NCBI GenBank assembly: GCA_965216785.1
Contig: OZ244197.1
Span: 1,120,001 to 1,184,000 of the forward strand
Direction of reading: 5' to 3'
From: Thermodesulfobacteriota bacterium
Lineage (GTDB): Bacteria; Desulfobacterota_D; UBA1144; Nemesobacterales; UBA2774
DNA: 64,000 nucleotides
The translations under genes and the position numbers were made by a program. Under the pieces are notes generated by a model. That model did no database searches and was not told the origin of the DNA. It worked only from the letters and a program-made list of their open reading frames with translations. This document shows, one piece after another, positions 60,468-64,000 of the stretch; positions within the stretch are counted from its first letter, which is position 1, and each line of letters opens with the position of its first letter.

Positions 60468-61003
60468 CCATGAAAAGATTAATAATGCTACTGACTATGT
60501 TGTTGTGTTTTACTAGTTTTTCTTTTGCCCAAAAAACCATACAACAAGATGGTGGCCTTGAAGATAAAGGCAAAACAATGAAAAAGAGAAAGATGGTAGA
60601 AAGTTACAAGTTGGTTCAATACTTTCTTATAAATGCAGAGAGTCTAGATTTAACCTATCATCAGAGACAAGAAATAGAGAATATCAAAAAAGATTATCTT
60701 TACCCAATGATTCAAAATGAAACGGATTTTCAGATTTCTAATTTGGAGGTAATGGATCTGTTAAAAGAACCGGATTTTGAACCTGAAGAGGTAAAATCGG
60801 CAATCGAGAAATCGATTAAAATCAGTTTGGAAAACGCACTTATGTCGGTAGATGCACTTGCAGCAATAAGAAAGGCTGTCGGGATGGATAATTTTAACAG
60901 ATTACGAGAAATGATGAACTTGTCGCCTAGTGAAATGCGGGATAACGACGATAAGAAAAAGAATAATCAGGATCCGTCAATCGAACAAAATAGATCATTA
61001 TAA
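60464..61003 (+). CDS. Periplasmic Spy/CpxP-like protein
   Basis: Signal peptide; LDLTYHQ LTxxQ-like motif. Confidence 0.55.
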   Translation: MTMKRLIMLLTMLLCFTSFSFAQKTIQQDGGLEDKGKTMKKRKMVESYKLVQYFLINAESLDLTYHQRQEIENIKKDYLYPMIQNETDFQISNLEVMDLLKEPDFEPEEVKSAIEKSIKISLENALMSVDALAAIRKAVGMDNFNRLREMMNLSPSEMRDNDDKKKNNQDPSIEQNRSL

Positions 61004-61062
61004 GGATAAAAGATGGAGTTTATAAAGTTTAACAATATATCTAAAAACAGGGGGTTATGTAA

Positions 61063-61440
61063 ATGAACAGGTTACATCTATTTTTAAAAGCTGTTGTTTT
61101 GACAATGTTGGTTGTTCCTCTCATAAGCGGCATTTCAACTAACGCAGCAGAGGAAGAGGAGATTCTGGTGCTGATAGAGACTGCGGAGACCCCAGAGGAC
61201 CATATCAAGATAGCAGAGTATTACGAAGGGCAAGCTTCACAAATGCAAAAGATGGCGAACATGCATGAGTCTATGGGGCAATCCTATAGCAAGAGAAGCA
61301 AGCCTATGAGTGGAATGGCTAAGCACTGTGCTGACTTATCTAAGGAGAATAAGGATTCAGCCGAAAAATATAATGCTATGGCAGCACACCATAGGGAAAT
61401 GGCGCAAGGCATGGATGATCACGGATCACATGAACACTAA
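61063..61440 (+). CDS. Periplasmic His/Met-rich putative metal-binding protein
   Basis: AETPEDHIKIAEYY...H..M...MAKHC...MAAHH..MA. Confidence 0.7.
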   Translation: MNRLHLFLKAVVLTMLVVPLISGISTNAAEEEEILVLIETAETPEDHIKIAEYYEGQASQMQKMANMHESMGQSYSKRSKPMSGMAKHCADLSKENKDSAEKYNAMAAHHREMAQGMDDHGSHEH

Positions 61441-61535
61441 TTTTGAGTATTCCTTCCCTGGGTTAATTCCCTTTCCCTCCACTACCGCCATAATGGGATG
61501 GCCTGGGGAAGGATCTTTAGAGAGAGGCGAAGGAA

Positions 61536-62195
61536 ATGACAATCCCTAGTAAACAAGACCTTATCAAATTGTACCGCAAGAGGGCTGGGAATTATGATAT
61601 TACGGCAAATCTATATTATTTACTTGGTTTTCGAGAATGGGCATATAGAAAAATGGCAGTAAATGCTCTGAATCTTAGTTTAGGCGACACTGTTGTTGAG
61701 ATAGGTTGTGGGACGGGTTTAAATTTTCCACTTCTACAAAAATTCGTAGGCTCCGAGGGGAAATTGATAGGGATTGATTTAACCGATGATATGTTAACTC
61801 AGGCAAAAAAAAGAATAGATAAGAATAACTGGTCCAACATTGAGCTTGTAGAGTGCGATGCTGCTACTTATAAATTCCCAGATGGTTTAGATGGGATTAT
61901 ATCGACTTTCGCAATAACACTAATACCCGAATATGACCATATCATAAAAAACGGTTCAGAGGCACTTGCTCCCGGAAAACGATTCGTAATTCTGGATTTT
62001 AAAATGCCGTCCAATTGGCTTTCGTTTCTAGCTCCATTAGCTGTGTTTATTATGAGTCCATTCGGAGTTTCAATCGAAATGGCAAATCGCAGGCCTTGGG
62101 AATCTATGAATAAATACTTTGAGAAAACATCTATAACTGAGCTATATGGAGGATTTTCTTATATTGTTACAGGGAGAAAAGGGAATAATGAATGA
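61536..62195 (+). CDS. Class I SAM-dependent methyltransferase
   Basis: VVEIGCGTGLN, IGIDLT, LAPGKRFVILD. Confidence 0.9.
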   Translation: MTIPSKQDLIKLYRKRAGNYDITANLYYLLGFREWAYRKMAVNALNLSLGDTVVEIGCGTGLNFPLLQKFVGSEGKLIGIDLTDDMLTQAKKRIDKNNWSNIELVECDAATYKFPDGLDGIISTFAITLIPEYDHIIKNGSEALAPGKRFVILDFKMPSNWLSFLAPLAVFIMSPFGVSIEMANRRPWESMNKYFEKTSITELYGGFSYIVTGRKGNNE

Positions 62196-62386
62196 TTGCA
62201 TTGAGTAGGTCACGAATGGCTAAAGACCCTGTTTGTAAAAGAGAAATAAACATCAATAAGTCTACAAAGCATTCTGAGTATAGAGATAGAATTTACTTCT
62301 TCTGTTCACATTACTGTAAATATAAATTCGACATGAATCCTAGAAAATATGAAGTAAAAGTAATAATAAGAAAAAGGAAAGGGTAA
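62192..62386 (+). CDS. YHS-domain protein
   Basis: AKDPVC...YFFCSHYCKYKF..NP.KY. Confidence 0.8.
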   Translation: MIALSRSRMAKDPVCKREININKSTKHSEYRDRIYFFCSHYCKYKFDMNPRKYEVKVIIRKRKG

Positions 62387-62456
62387 AAAGTATTGTGATA
62401 CACCATCAACGTATGAATTTAAATTTATTAATTGTACTGAATTATATGGACCAAAA

Positions 62457-63680
62457 ATGATTGAAAAAGAAAAACATATATTAACAATAAATAGTGGCTC
62501 ATCAAGTTTAAAGTTTTCGGTATATGTAATAGGGAAAGACGAAAAATTGATAATAAAAGGAGGCATGGACAGGATTGGTTTGGGAGATAGTAACTTTAGG
62601 GTTACCGAATCATACAATACAAAACTTATGGCACGAGAATTCGACCTACCTGACCATGAATCCGCATTAAAAGTTTTACTTAATTGGCTGGAGAAAAATG
62701 AACTTAGTAAAAAAATAGATGCTGTGGGTCATAGGCTTGTAAATGGCGGGTCAAGTTTCACTGGACATCATTTGATCACCTCTCAGTTAATATCAACATT
62801 GAAAAGAATGTCTTATCTTGCTCCCGACCATTTATCTCAACAAATAAAAGGGATGGAGACTGTTAGCAATTTATATCCGAATCTGAATCAGGTTGCCTGC
62901 TTTGATACAGTGTTTCACAGCGATATGCCCAGGGAAGCAAAAATGTTTGCCCTTCCAAGAAAATTATGGAAAGAAGGTGTTATGCGCTATGGCTTTCACG
63001 GTTTGTCATACGAATACATAATGCAAGAACTTAATAAAGAAGTTGGATCTGGAGGGGTTGATGGGCGAATAATTATTGCTCATCTTGGAAACGGTGCAAG
63101 CATGGTTGCAGTTAAGAATGGGAAAGGAGTTGACACTACAATGGGATTTACACCAACGGGGGGACTTATGATGAGCACGCGTTCAGGTGATTTAGATCCT
63201 GGGATTATAACTTACTTACTTGAAGAAAAGGGAATAACTCCTCAGAAGTTAAACGAAATGATTAACAAAAAATCCGGCCTGTATGGGGTATCGGGAATAA
63301 GCTCTGATATGAAAGAACTATTAGAAAAAGAAGCAGAAAATCCACATGCTGCTGACGCAATCAATCTTTTCTGCTATCAAGCAAAAAAATATTTAGGAGC
63401 TATGGCATCCGTTTTAGAAGGCGTGGGTACTATAATTTTTACAGGTGGTATTGGGGAAAATTCGCCTGAGATCCGTAAACGAATTTGTAGCGGAATGGAA
63501 TTTCTAGGCATTCAGCTAGATCTTAGTAAGAATGAAACTAATTCTTCTATCATATCAATTGCTGAAACCCCAACAACAGTGCGCGTTATAAAGACCAATG
63601 AAGAACTGATGATCGCTAGACATACATACTGTATCATCAATAAGAATAATCATAAAGACGCAAAGAAAATGATGCACTAA
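62457..63680 (+). CDS. ackA: Acetate kinase
   Basis: INSGSSSLK, FDTVFH, RYGFHGLS, HLGNGAS, DTTMGFTP, FTGGIGENS, TNEE. Confidence 0.93.
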   Translation: MIEKEKHILTINSGSSSLKFSVYVIGKDEKLIIKGGMDRIGLGDSNFRVTESYNTKLMAREFDLPDHESALKVLLNWLEKNELSKKIDAVGHRLVNGGSSFTGHHLITSQLISTLKRMSYLAPDHLSQQIKGMETVSNLYPNLNQVACFDTVFHSDMPREAKMFALPRKLWKEGVMRYGFHGLSYEYIMQELNKEVGSGGVDGRIIIAHLGNGASMVAVKNGKGVDTTMGFTPTGGLMMSTRSGDLDPGIITYLLEEKGITPQKLNEMINKKSGLYGVSGISSDMKELLEKEAENPHAADAINLFCYQAKKYLGAMASVLEGVGTIIFTGGIGENSPEIRKRICSGMEFLGIQLDLSKNETNSSIISIAETPTTVRVIKTNEELMIARHTYCIINKNNHKDAKKMMH

Positions 63681-63690
63681 AAGGTGATCT

Positions 63691-64000
63691 ATGAAAGATA
63701 TTAAAGATGAATATTTAGAAAAAATGCACAGATATTGGCAAGCAGCGAATTACCTTTCTGTTGGACAGATCTACCTTTACGATAACCCACTATTGAAAAA
63801 ACCTCTTAAACTAAAACACATAAAGCCTAGGCTACTTGGGCACTGGGGAACAACACCTGGACTGAACTTCATTTACGTCCATCTTAACCGTGTTATTAAG
63901 GAAAGGGATCTTAATATTATTTACATCGCTGGCCCAGGCCATGGAGGTCCTGGTCTAGTAGCTAATACTTATCTTGAAGGAACCTACAGTGAGTACTACC
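63691..64000 (+). CDS. xfp: Phosphoketolase, partial (runs off the window end)
   Basis: Not in the ORF track. [20 protein letters not shown]...[16 protein letters not shown]...GPGHGGPG. Confidence 0.93.
   Translation, partial: MKDIKDEYLEKMHRYWQAANYLSVGQIYLYDNPLLKKPLKLKHIKPRLLGHWGTTPGLNFIYVHLNRVIKERDLNIIYIAGPGHGGPGLVANTYLEGTYSEYY

Larger units (their letters stand above)
29697..64000. mobile_element. Integrative genomic island (defence and metal-resistance cargo); right end not seen
   Basis: Interrupted target gene, large serine recombinase, tyrosine recombinase, IS scars, R-M, mosaic base composition; missing 3' end of the target gene not found in the window. Confidence 0.7.

Noticed and set aside
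536-62617. Many short antisense or alternate-frame ORFs inside long genes
   Set aside because: Shadow ORFs of well-supported genes, with no motifs or RBS
1-64000. CRISPR arrays, tRNA, rRNA, integron attC arrays
   Set aside because: No regularly spaced repeats or recognisable structural RNA seen by eye; a covariance-model scan would be needed to exclude small ncRNAs

Overview
Bacterial genomic window in two parts. Bases 1 to ~29.7 kb look like host chromosome: ilvD, a 6-heme lipoprotein with a cytochrome P460-like N-terminal domain, Rrf2-sufBCD-Rieske, sodA, a sigma-70 factor, class II RNR nrdJ with NrdR boxes, a P450, and a co-oriented SLOG-SLATT / SLOG-SLATT / TIR-TM-DUF4189 cluster that resembles a membrane-anchored Thoeris-like nucleotide-signalling system. 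At ~29,697 a Dph6/DUF71-like ATP-pyrophosphatase gene is interrupted at an imperfect inverted repeat (probable attL). An integrative element starts there and appears to run past the window end. It begins with a complete, AT-rich replacement copy of the interrupted gene directly behind a large serine recombinase. Next comes a defence-like block: IS3 scars, a TM0106/RecB nuclease, an ECF-sigma / putative anti-sigma / IrrE-protease triad with twin divergent promoter-like motifs facing DUF3892, a TIR protein, a dif-like site and a type IIG R-M enzyme. After that are a minimal tyrosine recombinase, a cusCBA-type metal efflux cluster, a sigma-54 two-component regulon with four readable -24/-12 promoters, a porin-cytochrome c operon and ackA-xfp. 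No rRNA, tRNA or CRISPR array was seen. All domain calls come from recognising motifs by eye; no database search was run.
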